From positions 67,683-131,682 of the forward strand of contig JBDHTQ010000001.1 in the NCBI GenBank assembly GCA_039808765.1: a stretch of 64,000 bases of DNA, written 5' to 3'. Source of the stretch: Bdellovibrionales bacterium (lineage in GTDB: Bacteria > Pseudomonadota > Alphaproteobacteria > UBA2400). Shown piece by piece: positions 8,928 to 19,470 of the stretch (positions are counted from its first letter, which is position 1; every line of letters begins with the position of its first letter). A model generated the notes under the pieces. It had not been told where the DNA came from. It was given only the letters and a program-made list of their open reading frames with translations, and made no database searches. Both the position numbers and the translations under genes were made by a program.

Positions 8928-9461
8928 TTACTGATGCGGTTCCTTTTCAAGTAAATAAAGAAATTGGCCATATCCTTTTTCTTCCATTTCTTCTTTCGGG
9001 ACAAAACTTAACGCGGCAGAATTAATGCAGTAACGAAGTCCCCCGCGATCTTTTGGCCCATCATCAAAAACATGGCCAAGATGTGATTCTGATTTACGCG
9101 CTTTCACTTCTGTTCGGCTCATCCCAAAGCGCTGGTCGCTTTCTTCGTGCACTGCATTTTCATCGATAGGTTTGGTAAAGCTCGGCCAACCCGTACCTGA
9201 ATCAAACTTGTCGCTGGATATAAAAAGCGGTTCTCCCGTTAAAATATCCACATAAATCCCTGCGCGATGATTGTCCCAGTAAGCATTGCGAAACGGCTGT
9301 TCTGTGCCTTCCTCTTGCGTGACTTGCATTTGTAATTCGGTAAGAGGCTGGCCAGTGTAGGATTTCATGATACGCTCCTTTGCAAAAACGGGTGTCGTGA
9401 ATAAATATAATCCTGCCACAACAATCATAATCTGGAAAATTTTTCCTTGGTGGTTGCTCAT
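8928..9461 (-). CDS. msrB: peptide-methionine (R)-S-oxide reductase MsrB, exported form
   Basis: GWPSF and RYCINSAAL active-site motifs are present. The N-terminal hydrophobic signal-like segment is [20 protein letters not shown]. Confidence 0.85.
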   Translation of the reverse strand: MSNHQGKIFQIMIVVAGLYLFTTPVFAKERIMKSYTGQPLTELQMQVTQEEGTEQPFRNAYWDNHRAGIYVDILTGEPLFISSDKFDSGTGWPSFTKPIDENAVHEESDQRFGMSRTEVKARKSESHLGHVFDDGPKDRGGLRYCINSAALSFVPKEEMEEKGYGQFLYLLEKEPHQ

Positions 9462-11221
9462 TCTTCACCTTCCTGAGCGGCGCCAAATGTAAATGCGTAG
9501 GCTTCTGTTTCTGCATCTTGAAAAGTAAGCTTAAGCGTTGCAAGGGCGTCGGTATCAAGATGCGCAACTTCATAAAGTCGATGCTCATTTACGGTTAAAA
9601 TTCCATTTTTAACATCCGTTGCATGGTTGGGTAGAGATTTACCATCGCTTTTAATTTCAACATGAACGTTAGACGGATGCTGTGCCCCGAGTACAAGAAA
9701 AACACGTCCAGCCCTGAACCGCATAATGATCTGATCACCTATTTTGCCTGAGATAATCTTATCACCTTCACGGTTCCAGTCACCGCTCAATCCCCATTCA
9801 TTTTGCTGCTCTGGATCACGGGAAAGCACAAAAGGTGCTTTTGTTTGATCGTTTATGATATTTTCGGCACGGCTAAATCCGAGATAGGTTTCCGGTGTTT
9901 GATTGAATGATGTTGCAGACTTGCTTTGCTTCAAGTCACTTCCCGTTATTGATAAAAGTGCACGAATGTTATGCTCGGTTTGCTCGGCATGACCTTCACC
10001 AAAGTGGGTGTAAACAATATTGCCCTCTTGATTAATTAAATAATGAGCTGGCCAATAGCGATTGTTATAAGCTTGCCACGTTGAAAATTGATTATCCAGC
10101 GCAACTGCATACGGGATTTTATATTTCTGCACTGCCATTTTAACATTTTCAGGGATGGATTCAAAAGGAAACTCCGGTGCGTGAACGCCAATAATGACAA
10201 GCCCTTTATCATGATACAATTGGTGCCACCGAATAAGATCAGGTAACGTACGTAAGCAGTTAATGCAGGAATAAGTCCAAAAATCAATCAGGACAACTTT
10301 ACCCTTAAGCTGCGCAAGTGTGAGCGGAGGGCTGTTTATCCAATCGGAAAGGTTTTGCATTTCGGGAGCTGCATAGGGAGCAGGCAAGGGGTGGATAAGT
10401 TTCATGGAATCAACCTCATTTTCACTTTGCGTTATCGACTTTTCTTGCTGAGGGCGTGCGTTCATTTTTGCCGTTACCCATTTTTCGCCAAGATTAATAT
10501 GCATCAAGCCAAGGGTGGCAAATACCACGATTACAATCCCCATTATGCGACGTATGAGTGTTGCGTGGCGTGAGAAAAAACGAATCGCATGGGTTAGTTT
10601 TTGACTCAACAAAGCAATCAGTAACATGGGTACTGCTGCACCCGTTCCGAAAAGAAGAACAGTTCCGACAGCGGTCAACGTTGTTTTGGCCTGAATAACT
10701 TGAATCAGTGCTGCCGCCAGTAGTGGTCCCGCACAGGGTGTCCAAATCGCACCGAGCAAGCCACCCAGTAAAAAAGCTCCCACGATACCTGTATCGTCTG
10801 TACTCGCGCTTAACGTATGTGCTTTTGAAGCAAAGCGTTGAGTTAGTCGCTCAAAACTTTCACTCATTACCGGCACAATCATTGTCATACCGAGAATAAA
10901 TAGAATAAAGAAAGCGCCTTGCTGAAGTGCCTCTTGCGAGAGATCAAAGGTCAAAATCAGCCAACGTGACGAAAGGGCAAAAGCCGTGAACGTTGTAATA
11001 AAACCAAGAACGAGCAACCAAGGGCGCCAAACATTTTTTTGTAATGACCCAGCGACTAAAAATGGGATGACTGGTAAAATACAAGGAGACAATGCAAGGC
11101 CAAAGCCTTCTACAAAAGCCAAAAGATAAGATGTTTGCCCGTCCATAAATTTACTCCACACGCGTTGATTTAGTTCAATTGTTTGTGTTTTCAAGGCGAA
11201 AGTTAAGTCTGTTTTGTTCAC
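9458..11221 (-). CDS. DipZ-type fusion: CcdA/DsbD transmembrane electron-transfer domain + thioredoxin-like domain + C-terminal domain
   Basis: The membrane half has [11 protein letters not shown] and WTPCAGPLL motifs. The TlpA/ResA-like motif is WTYSCINC. The stop overlaps the msrB start by 4 nt. Confidence 0.75.
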   Translation of the reverse strand: MNKTDLTFALKTQTIELNQRVWSKFMDGQTSYLLAFVEGFGLALSPCILPVIPFLVAGSLQKNVWRPWLLVLGFITTFTAFALSSRWLILTFDLSQEALQQGAFFILFILGMTMIVPVMSESFERLTQRFASKAHTLSASTDDTGIVGAFLLGGLLGAIWTPCAGPLLAAALIQVIQAKTTLTAVGTVLLFGTGAAVPMLLIALLSQKLTHAIRFFSRHATLIRRIMGIVIVVFATLGLMHINLGEKWVTAKMNARPQQEKSITQSENEVDSMKLIHPLPAPYAAPEMQNLSDWINSPPLTLAQLKGKVVLIDFWTYSCINCLRTLPDLIRWHQLYHDKGLVIIGVHAPEFPFESIPENVKMAVQKYKIPYAVALDNQFSTWQAYNNRYWPAHYLINQEGNIVYTHFGEGHAEQTEHNIRALLSITGSDLKQSKSATSFNQTPETYLGFSRAENIINDQTKAPFVLSRDPEQQNEWGLSGDWNREGDKIISGKIGDQIIMRFRAGRVFLVLGAQHPSNVHVEIKSDGKSLPNHATDVKNGILTVNEHRLYEVAHLDTDALATLKLTFQDAETEAYAFTFGAAQEGEE

Positions 11222-11223
11222 GC

Positions 11224-12198
11224 TTAGGTGTGTAGACCCGCCAGCAAATCATAAACTTTATCATCCAATTGAATGGATTGCTGGTTTTTGATCACAGTTT
11301 CAAATGCCCGGCCCTTCTCACCCGGCAAGGTAATGCCCAGCTGTGCGAGGTGGTCACAAATTTTTTGGATGGATTCAAAATAGCGCGAACGCTCAACAAT
11401 GAGATCAGGTTTATGCGCCATAATAAAAAAGCCCCAAGCTTCATCCTCATTTTCACCAACCAGCCCTTGCCCCATTGTCAGGGGACCCGCTATGAGCTCG
11501 ACCATCAAAGACAGGCCTGACGCTTTGGGGCTTTCACTAAAAGGTAAAATAGCTCCGTTCATTGCAGATTTTGGTTCGATTGTTGGCATGCCGCTTTCAT
11601 CAAGCGCAACATTTTCAGGTAATTTTTCACCTTTAAGGTGTTGGCTGACAAGGTATGAAAACGTTACCGCTGATGATGTCATATCAAAAACAACCGGTTC
11701 TTTAAGTGTGGGAAATGCCCAAGCGAGTGGATTTGTGCCAAACAATGGATTTTTAGAGCCGAATGGTGCGACTTGGGCTGAGGATCTGGCCACACAATGT
11801 GCCACAAGCCCTTGTTGAGCCAATTTTTCGACATAAAAACCTAATGCTCCTACACTGGCATTAAAACCGGAAGCTCCCACTACGGCAATACCACTGTGTT
11901 GCGCTAATTCAGCGCACGTGCGCATTGCCGTTTGAGCCACATGGTAGCTGGGCAGATTTTGCGCCACCACCCGGGCGCTGACGGAAGTGGTCTGTGCAAT
12001 GTTTAGCGCACTATGCGGATGTTCTGCGGATAGAGGGAATTTTTTATTAAGAAGTTTTGCAAGACCTTGGCCGATTTTATTGCGATATTCAGCATATAAA
12101 AGTGGCTCTATACAATCTTTGGCAATTGCCGAGCCATAGCGTTTTTCGAGAAAAACCGTCAATTGCGTTTCGAGTGCGGCAAGGGTGATTTCTTTCAT
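11224..12198 (-). CDS. Ldh_2 family (malate/L-lactate/ureidoglycolate-type) dehydrogenase
   Basis: 324 aa with the GTNPLAWAFP and DMTSSAV motifs typical of the family. Confidence 0.7.
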   Translation of the reverse strand: MKEITLAALETQLTVFLEKRYGSAIAKDCIEPLLYAEYRNKIGQGLAKLLNKKFPLSAEHPHSALNIAQTTSVSARVVAQNLPSYHVAQTAMRTCAELAQHSGIAVVGASGFNASVGALGFYVEKLAQQGLVAHCVARSSAQVAPFGSKNPLFGTNPLAWAFPTLKEPVVFDMTSSAVTFSYLVSQHLKGEKLPENVALDESGMPTIEPKSAMNGAILPFSESPKASGLSLMVELIAGPLTMGQGLVGENEDEAWGFFIMAHKPDLIVERSRYFESIQKICDHLAQLGITLPGEKGRAFETVIKNQQSIQLDDKVYDLLAGLHT

Positions 12199-12322
12199 TG
12201 ATATTGCGTATCATAACGCCTCATAGGGCGCAATCCCGAGTGCTGGCAGCTCTTGGGTGAAGTTCTTATTTGCTCTTCGGCAATTTTATGTGTAAAACCT
12301 GCAAAAATTGAAGGAGAGCATG

Positions 12323-13420
12323 ATGGGATTTAACTGTGGAATTGTGGGCTTGCCGAATGTGGGCAAATCGACCTTATTCAACGCATTAACAAAAACACAG
12401 GATGCCCAAGCTGCTAATTATCCATTCTGCACGATTGAGCCGAATGTGGGGCGCGTGGCTGTACCTGACGATCGCTTGGACAAAATTGCCGAGATCGGTA
12501 AATCAGCGAAAACAATCTACACACAACTTGAGTTTGTTGATATCGCAGGCCTTGTCAAAGGGGCCAGTAAAGGTGAGGGATTAGGCAACCAGTTCTTGGG
12601 CAATATTCGTTCTACGGACGCAATTTTGCATGTGCTGCGCTGTTTCGAAAATGGTGACATTACCCACGTTGAAAATACGGTTGATCCTGTGCGCGATGCT
12701 CAAATTATTTCGACTGAACTGATGCTTTCTGATTTGGAAAGTTTGGAGAAACAGGTTGATGGTTGGCGCAAGCGCGCGAAGCAAAGTGATAAAGAGGCAA
12801 TTGTTCGTGTTGTCGTTATCGAGAAGGTCATTAAGGCGCTTGAAGCAGGGAAGCCTGCTCGCAGTGTCTCATTGTCTGATGAAGAAAAGCCGGTTTATGC
12901 AGCACTTCAATTATTAACGGCGAAGCCTGTTCTTTATGTTTGCAATGTGGAAGAGGGTGCTGCCGCGACAGGAAATGCATTTTCTCAAGCGGTTGAAAAA
13001 ATGGCTGCTGATGAGGGGGCGTCTTCGGTTATTATTTCTGCGGCGATTGAAGCTGAAGTCGCGCAATTGGCACTTGATGAGCAAAAAGATTTTCTTGAAA
13101 CAATGGGATTGCAAGAGCCAGGATTGAATAAGGTTATTCGTGCAGGCTATCAGCTTTTAGGGCTGCTGACGTTCTTTACGGTAGGTCCTAAAGAGGCGCG
13201 TGCGTGGACTGTTGTCGCTGGGTCTCGTGCACCTCAGGCGGCCGGTGCAATTCATAGTGATTTTGAGCGCGGTTTTATTCGTGCAGAAACCATTGCTTAT
13301 CAAGACTTTGTTCAACTGGGCGGAGAAACCGCGTGCCGAGAATCAGGAAAATTGCGACAAGAAGGTAAAGAGTATTCGGTGATTGACGGGGATATTTTCC
13401 ACTTCAAATTTAACGTTTGA
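12323..13420 (+). CDS. ychF: redox-regulated ribosome-binding ATPase YchF
   Basis: The N-terminus is [23 protein letters not shown] and the C-terminal TGS-like end is [12 protein letters not shown] chose the second ATG for its RBS spacing (aaggag at 12311). Confidence 0.9.
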   Translation: MGFNCGIVGLPNVGKSTLFNALTKTQDAQAANYPFCTIEPNVGRVAVPDDRLDKIAEIGKSAKTIYTQLEFVDIAGLVKGASKGEGLGNQFLGNIRSTDAILHVLRCFENGDITHVENTVDPVRDAQIISTELMLSDLESLEKQVDGWRKRAKQSDKEAIVRVVVIEKVIKALEAGKPARSVSLSDEEKPVYAALQLLTAKPVLYVCNVEEGAAATGNAFSQAVEKMAADEGASSVIISAAIEAEVAQLALDEQKDFLETMGLQEPGLNKVIRAGYQLLGLLTFFTVGPKEARAWTVVAGSRAPQAAGAIHSDFERGFIRAETIAYQDFVQLGGETACRESGKLRQEGKEYSVIDGDIFHFKFNV

Positions 13421-13542
13421 TCAGCTTTTAAGATTTAAAGTCATACGATGTGACAAATTAATGCTTGCACCATGGTTGCATAAGTGTGTATTCAGGCATG
13501 ATTTGAGATGAAATATTTTTACCCTCGAAAGGTTGTGCGCCA

Positions 13543-14496
13543 ATGGTTGAAGAATTAGAGCGACGCTATTGTCTTGGCACAGGATTTGACATTGCTCTTC
13601 ATCAACTTCCCCATCAAGTGAGGCTTATTCAACAAGCGCGCTTTGTGGCTGGTCAAGATGGACAAGTGCGCTTGTGTCGCGATGAAAAAGGGGCCTATGC
13701 CATAGAACTGCATCCGCACAGAGGAGGTGCATTGCAAAAGATTCCGCTTACATTGACGGAAGCCCGAGCCGTTCTTGCAGAACTGGAAACGACTTATGGG
13801 CAAGATACTTCAGGCTTCTCTCCACCATTCAATCTTTACGATCCACAAGCGATGATCAACCGCACAGTCTCGCTTACCGCAGCCTTTTTACACCTTCAGC
13901 AGGGGGTCATGGGGGCTTTCATGGCGGGTAATTTTGCCGGTGCGGCCAGACTTGCTTGCGAACAAGGGTATACAATGCTTTCTGATCCACCGCACACGCC
14001 TTTGCAAATAGTCTTGCCCGAAAAATTTTTTTTAAGAGTGCGGCAAGAAAAAAAACGTGGTTTTAAGCGCACTCAAGTTACTTTAAAAGGCCCGAATAAA
14101 AAAGCTGGTTCGTTTGTAAATCATCGGTTTGAACTGAATTTGTCCGCAAATGAACTCGACGGTCTTTATCAGCATATGCCCGCATCATCACGAATCTCGA
14201 AAACCCGTTATAGTTTGGGGCCCCTTTCAATTGGCACGAATGTTGATGTGGATTTCTATCAACGTGGTTCTCCTCAGCATCCTTGCGTCGTTGAGATTGA
14301 ATTTCCATCGATACGTGCTGCAAGCGATTTTGTGCCGGACCGGCAGCGGTTTCCCTGGATAGGGGAAGAGATAACCGCGCAGAAAATGTTTTCTCCTTCT
14401 GCCCAAAAAATGGTGGGTTCTGGTGGCCTTTCCTCTGGTTCAGGATCGCCTCAAACGCCTAAAGGCAAGCGACACCGTCATTTAAGGCTTGTATAA
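13543..14496 (+). CDS. CYTH-like (triphosphate tunnel metalloenzyme-like) domain protein, atypical
   Basis: The N-terminal ELERR is a variant of the ExExK signature. The C-terminal half (LKGPNKKAGSFVNHRFELNLS..ISKTRYSL..VDVDFYQ..VVEIEFPS..PWIGEEIT) follows the CYTH strand pattern. Confidence 0.4.
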   Translation: MVEELERRYCLGTGFDIALHQLPHQVRLIQQARFVAGQDGQVRLCRDEKGAYAIELHPHRGGALQKIPLTLTEARAVLAELETTYGQDTSGFSPPFNLYDPQAMINRTVSLTAAFLHLQQGVMGAFMAGNFAGAARLACEQGYTMLSDPPHTPLQIVLPEKFFLRVRQEKKRGFKRTQVTLKGPNKKAGSFVNHRFELNLSANELDGLYQHMPASSRISKTRYSLGPLSIGTNVDVDFYQRGSPQHPCVVEIEFPSIRAASDFVPDRQRFPWIGEEITAQKMFSPSAQKMVGSGGLSSGSGSPQTPKGKRHRHLRLV

Positions 14497-14651
14497 AACT
14501 GCGTTTTTTTATTGTTAGTCGACAAAACAGACCTAAAAAACTCTATCGTTATATTCTTGAACACACCGGCTCACCGTTTTTATGGCAGCGCTCTTCGTTT
14601 TTAATAAAGGGATGCTTGAAACGAGACGGGGCTTCAAAATAAAGATTCTGC

Positions 14652-14728
14652 TGGCGGACCTGACACGATTCGAACGTGCGACCTTTGCCTTCGGAGGGCA
14701 ACGCTCTATCCAGCTGAGCTACAGGTCC
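14652..14728 (-). tRNA. tRNA-Arg (anticodon CCG)
   Basis: The reverse complement is GGACCTGTAGCTCAGCTGGATAGAGCGTTGCCCTCCGAAGGCAAAGGTCGCACGTTCGAATCGTGTCAGGTCCGCCA. The acceptor stem is a perfect 7 bp and the anticodon loop is CTCCGAA. Confidence 0.9.
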
Positions 14729-14833
14729 GTGCCTTGTGTGCATACCGGAATTTCATTTAAACTGCTAGCAGTTTTATAGGAGGATAAATGTTTTTCTGAT
14801 GATTAAGGTTTTATGGTGTTGATTTGGACTCAT

Positions 14834-14868
14834 AAAAAAGAGGGGAAAAGCTGAAGCTCTTCCCCTCG
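14834..14868 (-). terminator. Rho-independent terminator downstream of rplI
   Basis: The GAGGGGAA..TTCCCCTC hairpin is followed by a T-run on the minus strand. Confidence 0.55.
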
Positions 14869-14884
14869 TTTAAAACACGGCAGC

Positions 14885-15538
14885 TTACTCTTCTTCAGCT
14901 TCAGCAGCCTTCTTTTTACCCTTAGCTTTTTTGGCGGGCTTTTCAGCTTTGCTTTCATCCGCTTGAGCAGATGTATTGCCTTGAAGTTCGCTCTGAGCAG
15001 CAGCAATCGCTGCAGCTTCTTCAGCCGCAATTTGTTCGGCTTGCTCGGACTTAATCGCAGCGGCGCCACGTTTTTCCTGCAATGCAGCTTCTTCTTCCGA
15101 GCGGGCGATGTTCAGTTTAACTGTGATGGCCACTTCAGGATGAAGGTGGATTGTTTGCTCAAACAAACCAATTGTTTTATAGGGTTGCTGCATATTAACC
15201 ATTGAGCGATCGATTTTGTGGCCGGATGATTCAACGGCGTCCGCGATATCGCGTGCGCTTACTGAACCATACAGGTGGCCTGCTTCACCAGCCTGACGAA
15301 CGAGAACGATTTTTAAGCCGTCCATTTTCTTTGCAGATGTCTCTGCTTCAGACTTACGTTTGGCGTTTTCTGCTTCAAGGTGGGATTTTTGTGCTTCAAA
15401 ATAAGCGATGTTGGCAGGGTTTGCGCGCAACGCTTTTTTTCTGGGCAGCAAGTAGTTTCGGGCATAACCCGGGCGAACGTTAACCGTCTCACCCATTTGC
15501 CCAAGGTGCGCAACGCGCTCAAGCAAGATGACTTGCAT
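14885..15538 (-). CDS. rplI: 50S ribosomal protein L9 with an Ala/Glu/Lys-rich C-terminal extension
   Basis: The N-terminus is MQVILLERVAHLGQMGETVNVRPGYARNYLLP. It is the last gene of the rpsF-rpsR-rplI operon. Confidence 0.9.
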   Translation of the reverse strand: MQVILLERVAHLGQMGETVNVRPGYARNYLLPRKKALRANPANIAYFEAQKSHLEAENAKRKSEAETSAKKMDGLKIVLVRQAGEAGHLYGSVSARDIADAVESSGHKIDRSMVNMQQPYKTIGLFEQTIHLHPEVAITVKLNIARSEEEAALQEKRGAAAIKSEQAEQIAAEEAAAIAAAQSELQGNTSAQADESKAEKPAKKAKGKKKAAEAEEE

Positions 15539-15550
15539 TCTTCAATCTCC

Positions 15551-15808
15551 TTAGATCACAACGTAGGGCAGCAGCGCGAGAAAACGTGCGCGCTTGATCG
15601 CAAGAGCGAGTGCGCGTTGATTCTTTTGCGACGTGCCTGAAATGCGGCTGGGTACAATCTTACCCCGTTCAGAGATATGACGACCCAACATGCGGATGTT
15701 TTTATAGTCAATCTTTTTGCCGGAGAGCGGGCAAGATTTGCGACGACGGTTGTAAGGACGACGTGTGCCGTTGTTTCCAGATGATTGGTTTAGTTCTTCA
15801 ACACTCAT
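15551..15808 (-). CDS. rpsR: 30S ribosomal protein S18
   Basis: The motifs [30 protein letters not shown] are present. Its start overlaps the rpsF stop by 4 nt. Confidence 0.9.
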   Translation of the reverse strand: MSVEELNQSSGNNGTRRPYNRRRKSCPLSGKKIDYKNIRMLGRHISERGKIVPSRISGTSQKNQRALALAIKRARFLALLPYVVI

Positions 15809-16251
15809 TCTTCATCTCCATCGGAAGAGTCATTGCCACGTGAGGGGCGGGGACGATAGCCGCGATCTTGGTTCGCTGAGCCAGCCGAGCGGGGTGCACG
15901 TTCACCTGAATCAAAGGAGTCGCGATCGTCATTACGACGCATCATCACGGACGGACCTTCTTCCAATTCATCGACGCGGATGGTGAGAAAACGCAGAATG
16001 TCTTCACTCAAGCCCATGATGCGCTCTAATTCAGCAACGGCGGCCGGTTCTGCATCAATGTTGAGCATCACGTAATGACCTTTACGGTTTTTCTTGACTT
16101 TGTAGGCGAGGGTACGCAGACCCCAGCTCTCAGTTTTTGTAACCTTACCGCCTTGATTGGTCAAAACGGTGGTAAAATCGCTGGTCATTTGTTCAACCTG
16201 TTGTGGCGAAACGTCCTGACGTGCGATAAACACGTTTTCGTAATATGCCAT
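15805..16251 (-). CDS. rpsF: 30S ribosomal protein S6 (acidic C-terminal tail)
   Basis: The N-terminus is [20 protein letters not shown], with [19 protein letters not shown] further in. Confidence 0.9.
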   Translation of the reverse strand: MAYYENVFIARQDVSPQQVEQMTSDFTTVLTNQGGKVTKTESWGLRTLAYKVKKNRKGHYVMLNIDAEPAAVAELERIMGLSEDILRFLTIRVDELEEGPSVMMRRNDDRDSFDSGERAPRSAGSANQDRGYRPRPSRGNDSSDGDEE

Positions 16252-16588
16252 ATGTTATCCCCCTATGGTTGTTGCGGCCCCCCATGGGCCAAAGCCCGAC
16301 GCTTGGCAACGTTGAGCAGGAGTGGGGGCTGTATGGCACAATAAGGCTAAGAATGCAATGTTTTCTTAATGATTTTTTAAAAAAGGCAATCTTGCTTCAA
16401 ACGGGGGCGCTGTTTGCATGAACTAAAGTGCTTAAAAGTTAAGGGGGCATTTATTTTCTTGATGGCAAATGGCTTAATGAGCGATATGACGGGTTGAGGC
16501 ATGAAGAAAAACAACTCGCCAAGGATGCCCACCGGGAGGATGAAAAGAAAATGGATTTGCTAGAACAGCGCGTGGGGTTTTATGCAGC

Positions 16589-17428
16589 ATGAATGAAAAA
16601 GACTGTCACACCTCGTTGTTGCTACTGGATGGAAAATCTTTGACAGAAGATGACTTTTTAAGCGGGGCCATCCGACTTTTCCAGCCCATCAAGGGATACC
16701 GCGCATCATCTGATTCGGTTTTGCTGGCCGCTCTAACACCGTTGGATCATGTAAAAAAAGTTTTGGAATTAGGCGTAGGTTATGGGCAGGTTTTACTTTG
16801 TCTGCTTGCACGTCAACCCGCGTTGAATGTTACAGGGATTGATATTCGTGAGGACGTGCTTGCCTTGGCCGAAAAGAATATTCACCACAATCATTTTGAA
16901 TCGCAATGTCGCCTGATTTGCGCCTCTGTTGCGGACCGAACGCGGTTGGAGCGCGAGAATTTAGGTGTATTCGACCGCATTGTGTGCAATCCACCCTATC
17001 GACATCATCGCACCCATACTGCTTCTGATAATGCGATAAAAGCCTGTGCAACGACAGAATCTCCCGATGTTTCGCTTGGGGTTTGGCTTGAAACAGCAGT
17101 TTCATTTCTGGCTTCTGAAGGGGAGTTTATTTTGATCCATGATGCGCAACGCAAGGCAGAAATTCTGGCGACTCTTCAAGCAGCGGGCTTTGCGTTGATC
17201 CAGGTATTGCCTCTGGCATCTCACAAAAATGGCATGATAAAGCGAATCGTTTTTCGTGCAAGAAAAGGCAAAGACAGTGAAAAATGTATGAGAATTGAAC
17301 ACCTGGAACCATTGGTTTTACATGAGGCGGATGGTCGCTGGTGCGCGCAGATTGATGCTGTTTTACGGTCACCCCTCGCGCTTGATGTGTGGACGCCTCA
17401 ACCAATCTGCCTTGACGGTGATGGGTGA
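16589..17428 (+). CDS. SAM-dependent N6-adenine methyltransferase, TrmN6/YfiC-like
   Basis: It has an ELGVGYG SAM-binding loop and a CNPPY catalytic motif. Confidence 0.65.
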   Translation: MNEKDCHTSLLLLDGKSLTEDDFLSGAIRLFQPIKGYRASSDSVLLAALTPLDHVKKVLELGVGYGQVLLCLLARQPALNVTGIDIREDVLALAEKNIHHNHFESQCRLICASVADRTRLERENLGVFDRIVCNPPYRHHRTHTASDNAIKACATTESPDVSLGVWLETAVSFLASEGEFILIHDAQRKAEILATLQAAGFALIQVLPLASHKNGMIKRIVFRARKGKDSEKCMRIEHLEPLVLHEADGRWCAQIDAVLRSPLALDVWTPQPICLDGDG

Positions 17429-17479
17429 TTATGTCAATCCAGTGAAGGCGATTGTGATGTGGTTTAAGAAAGAAAAATC

Positions 17480-17740
17480 ATGTATTTGTTCCGACTTGTT
17501 TTGATTATTGTGCTGCTCGTGCTGTTGCGCCGTTTATGGCGGCATTGGCAGATGAAAAATGGCGAGGGGTATAAGCATATTTTTCAGCGCCGTGCTGCTC
17601 CGAAGTCGGCAAAAGAAAAATCAAGAAGCGCATCTGCGACTGTTGGTACATTACAAGAGTGCAAAGTGTGTGGTGCCTACGTTGCAAATGAGAGCAAACC
17701 ATGTGAACGTGTCGGCTGTCCACAAGCAAAACAGGCTTAA
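17480..17740 (+). CDS. small membrane-anchored protein with a C-terminal Cys motif (PP0621-like)
   Basis: An N-terminal TM helix (LFRLVLIIVLLVLL) is followed by basic residues and a C-terminal CKVCGAYV...C....C motif. Confidence 0.4.
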   Translation: MYLFRLVLIIVLLVLLRRLWRHWQMKNGEGYKHIFQRRAAPKSAKEKSRSASATVGTLQECKVCGAYVANESKPCERVGCPQAKQA

Positions 17741-17879
17741 AGTGTTGCGACATCACATCACATGCCCCCACGCTGATTTTTTTTAACTTTTCCTGCTAGA
17801 ATGTTTTTTGAGCACATGGCACGCTTTGCGTGTCTTAAATGATGTTTTTAGGTTTATGTGCTTAACGTGGGGAGTGCTT

Positions 17880-18809
17880 ATGATGAAGAAATCTTTATTT
17901 GCTGTCGTCGCTCTCTTTCTTGGTGTGCTGGCCTCTGCTCCTGTATGTGCTGAGGATAGCAGCACGCTGGAAGCCCCATCATCGGTCAACTTGAGCGATG
18001 AACCGCCCCCCCCTGAGCAGATTATCAACACACAAGACAACCAGAGGTTCGCGATCAAACTGAAGGGTAAGAATACGCGGGTCTTTGTGCGTGTAAATGA
18101 TATTCCTGTGCTTTTTAAGATTCTTCGTGAAGACCAAGAATTTGATATTGCGTTTAATGAATGGATTAAGCAGGGATTGAATATTGTTAATGTCAGTGCC
18201 GAACCTTTTGATGATCATGCTGCATCAAAATTAAATTATCGCATCTACTATCAGTCTCCTTCGCAAATTGTTTCTAAGGAAAGCTTGACGCTTTTTGAAA
18301 GCCCGCCTGAAGTAAACTTACCTATTCGCCAGTCTGCTGGGTTTAGGGCAAAAACAGTTCCCGACCTACGCGTGTGGGAGGCCGAGAGCGTTCGTTTTAC
18401 ACCAAACGAACAGTCTCGGTTGCTTGATATGTTGAATGGTTTTCGTAGCCGCATTATTGAAGCTGTCGGTAAGGCGGACAATGCTTATCTCGCCACATAC
18501 GACAAAATGTTGCGTGATGAGGTTAACGTTGCTTATGGTCGGCGTCCAGAAAGTAAGGATGATATTATCGCACGCCGTAGAGAAATTGCGATGGCGTTTC
18601 GTAAAGATGTGAATGCAGGTTTGGTTGCCAGTCCCGTTCTGCAGTCTTCAGAGTTGGACTTTGAGGCCGTAGGAAACGGTAAACTTGTTCGTATTTCACG
18701 TTTGGATGGTCAACCGTTGATTGAGGTAAAACGTGGTACGCTAACTTTTAGCGTCGATAAGCCGATTTATGGCCGCATTGGGGGTGTCTGGGAAATGCTG
18801 CGCGAATAA
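17880..18809 (+). CDS. secreted hypothetical protein
   Basis: The ATG at 17880 follows a ggggag RBS. The signal peptide is MMKKSLFAVVALFLGVLASAPVCA. I recognise no family. Confidence 0.5.
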   Translation: MMKKSLFAVVALFLGVLASAPVCAEDSSTLEAPSSVNLSDEPPPPEQIINTQDNQRFAIKLKGKNTRVFVRVNDIPVLFKILREDQEFDIAFNEWIKQGLNIVNVSAEPFDDHAASKLNYRIYYQSPSQIVSKESLTLFESPPEVNLPIRQSAGFRAKTVPDLRVWEAESVRFTPNEQSRLLDMLNGFRSRIIEAVGKADNAYLATYDKMLRDEVNVAYGRRPESKDDIIARRREIAMAFRKDVNAGLVASPVLQSSELDFEAVGNGKLVRISRLDGQPLIEVKRGTLTFSVDKPIYGRIGGVWEMLRE

Positions 18810-18892
18810 CGCAGCTGTGTTTCCCAGACATTTTCTCAGGTCGATTTAGCGATATCGCTAACGATGAAAACGTTGAAATGATGTTTCATTCA

Positions 18893-19366
18893 TTAAAATT
18901 CGTCGGATTTTTTGCTGCCGTCGTTTTCTGCGCGCCAATCGTCGGGTGGGGCAAGAATTTTAACAGCTGTGCCAAAAGCATGGGTTTCATACGCAGCCAT
19001 AATTTGTCCATCGCGCATCGGTTGTTCGTAACGCAAGATATGAAACTGTGCATGGATGACGGCGTCTGCTCCCACGCGTAATGCCTCTTTCTGGATGTTA
19101 TAAATGGCGATGTCTGATGCCTGATGGGGGTCAGAACCAGCGCCGGGAAAACAGGGCACATAAGCCCAAGCCCGCACAGTGTTGATAATGGCGTACTTAT
19201 ATTTGATGTCACCCGTAATGACGCGTACGGCGGCAATTTGAGCTTTCATTTGCTCGTTCATACGGCGTCGCTCTTCGTCTTGTTGTGCACGCATTTGTTC
19301 ACGGGCTTTGCGCTCCGCCTCGTAGGCGGCAAAATTCTTGGCGAAGTTTCTGAAGCTTTCAAACAT
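18893..19366 (-). CDS. YbjQ/UPF0145-like domain protein with an N-terminal charged coiled-coil
   Basis: The C-terminal pattern ..KEALRVGADAVIHAQF....FGTAVKI resembles the YbjQ family. The N-terminal 45 aa are a Glu/Arg/Gln-rich helix. Confidence 0.35.
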   Translation of the reverse strand: MFESFRNFAKNFAAYEAERKAREQMRAQQDEERRRMNEQMKAQIAAVRVITGDIKYKYAIINTVRAWAYVPCFPGAGSDPHQASDIAIYNIQKEALRVGADAVIHAQFHILRYEQPMRDGQIMAAYETHAFGTAVKILAPPDDWRAENDGSKKSDEF

Positions 19367-19470
19367 GTCCCATAAAATACCATGCTTAATTATTCGGTCT
19401 AGCTTTATTTACATTTTAGGCGGTGATAATTGGCTTGGCCTTTGGGATTGAATGATGGATAACAGTCGCC

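Noticed and set aside
12228-12290. Possible fifth, degenerate copy of the dispersed repeat (gcaatcccgag...tatttgctcttcgg) between the Ldh_2 gene and ychF
   Set aside because: Only the ends resemble the family, and the 14-nt core and both hairpins are missing. It is too weak to call without a statistical alignment.
14549-14779. ORFs 14549..14743 (-) and 14582..14779 (+)
   Set aside because: Both overlap the well-folded tRNA-Arg(CCG) at 14652..14728, so they are spurious.
16252-16588. Structured rpsF leader or small ORF (MKKNNSPRMPTGRMKRKWIC at 16501) upstream of the S6 operon
   Set aside because: I could not identify a convincing conserved S6:S18-binding leader fold by eye. The mini-ORF has no RBS and faces away from rpsF.
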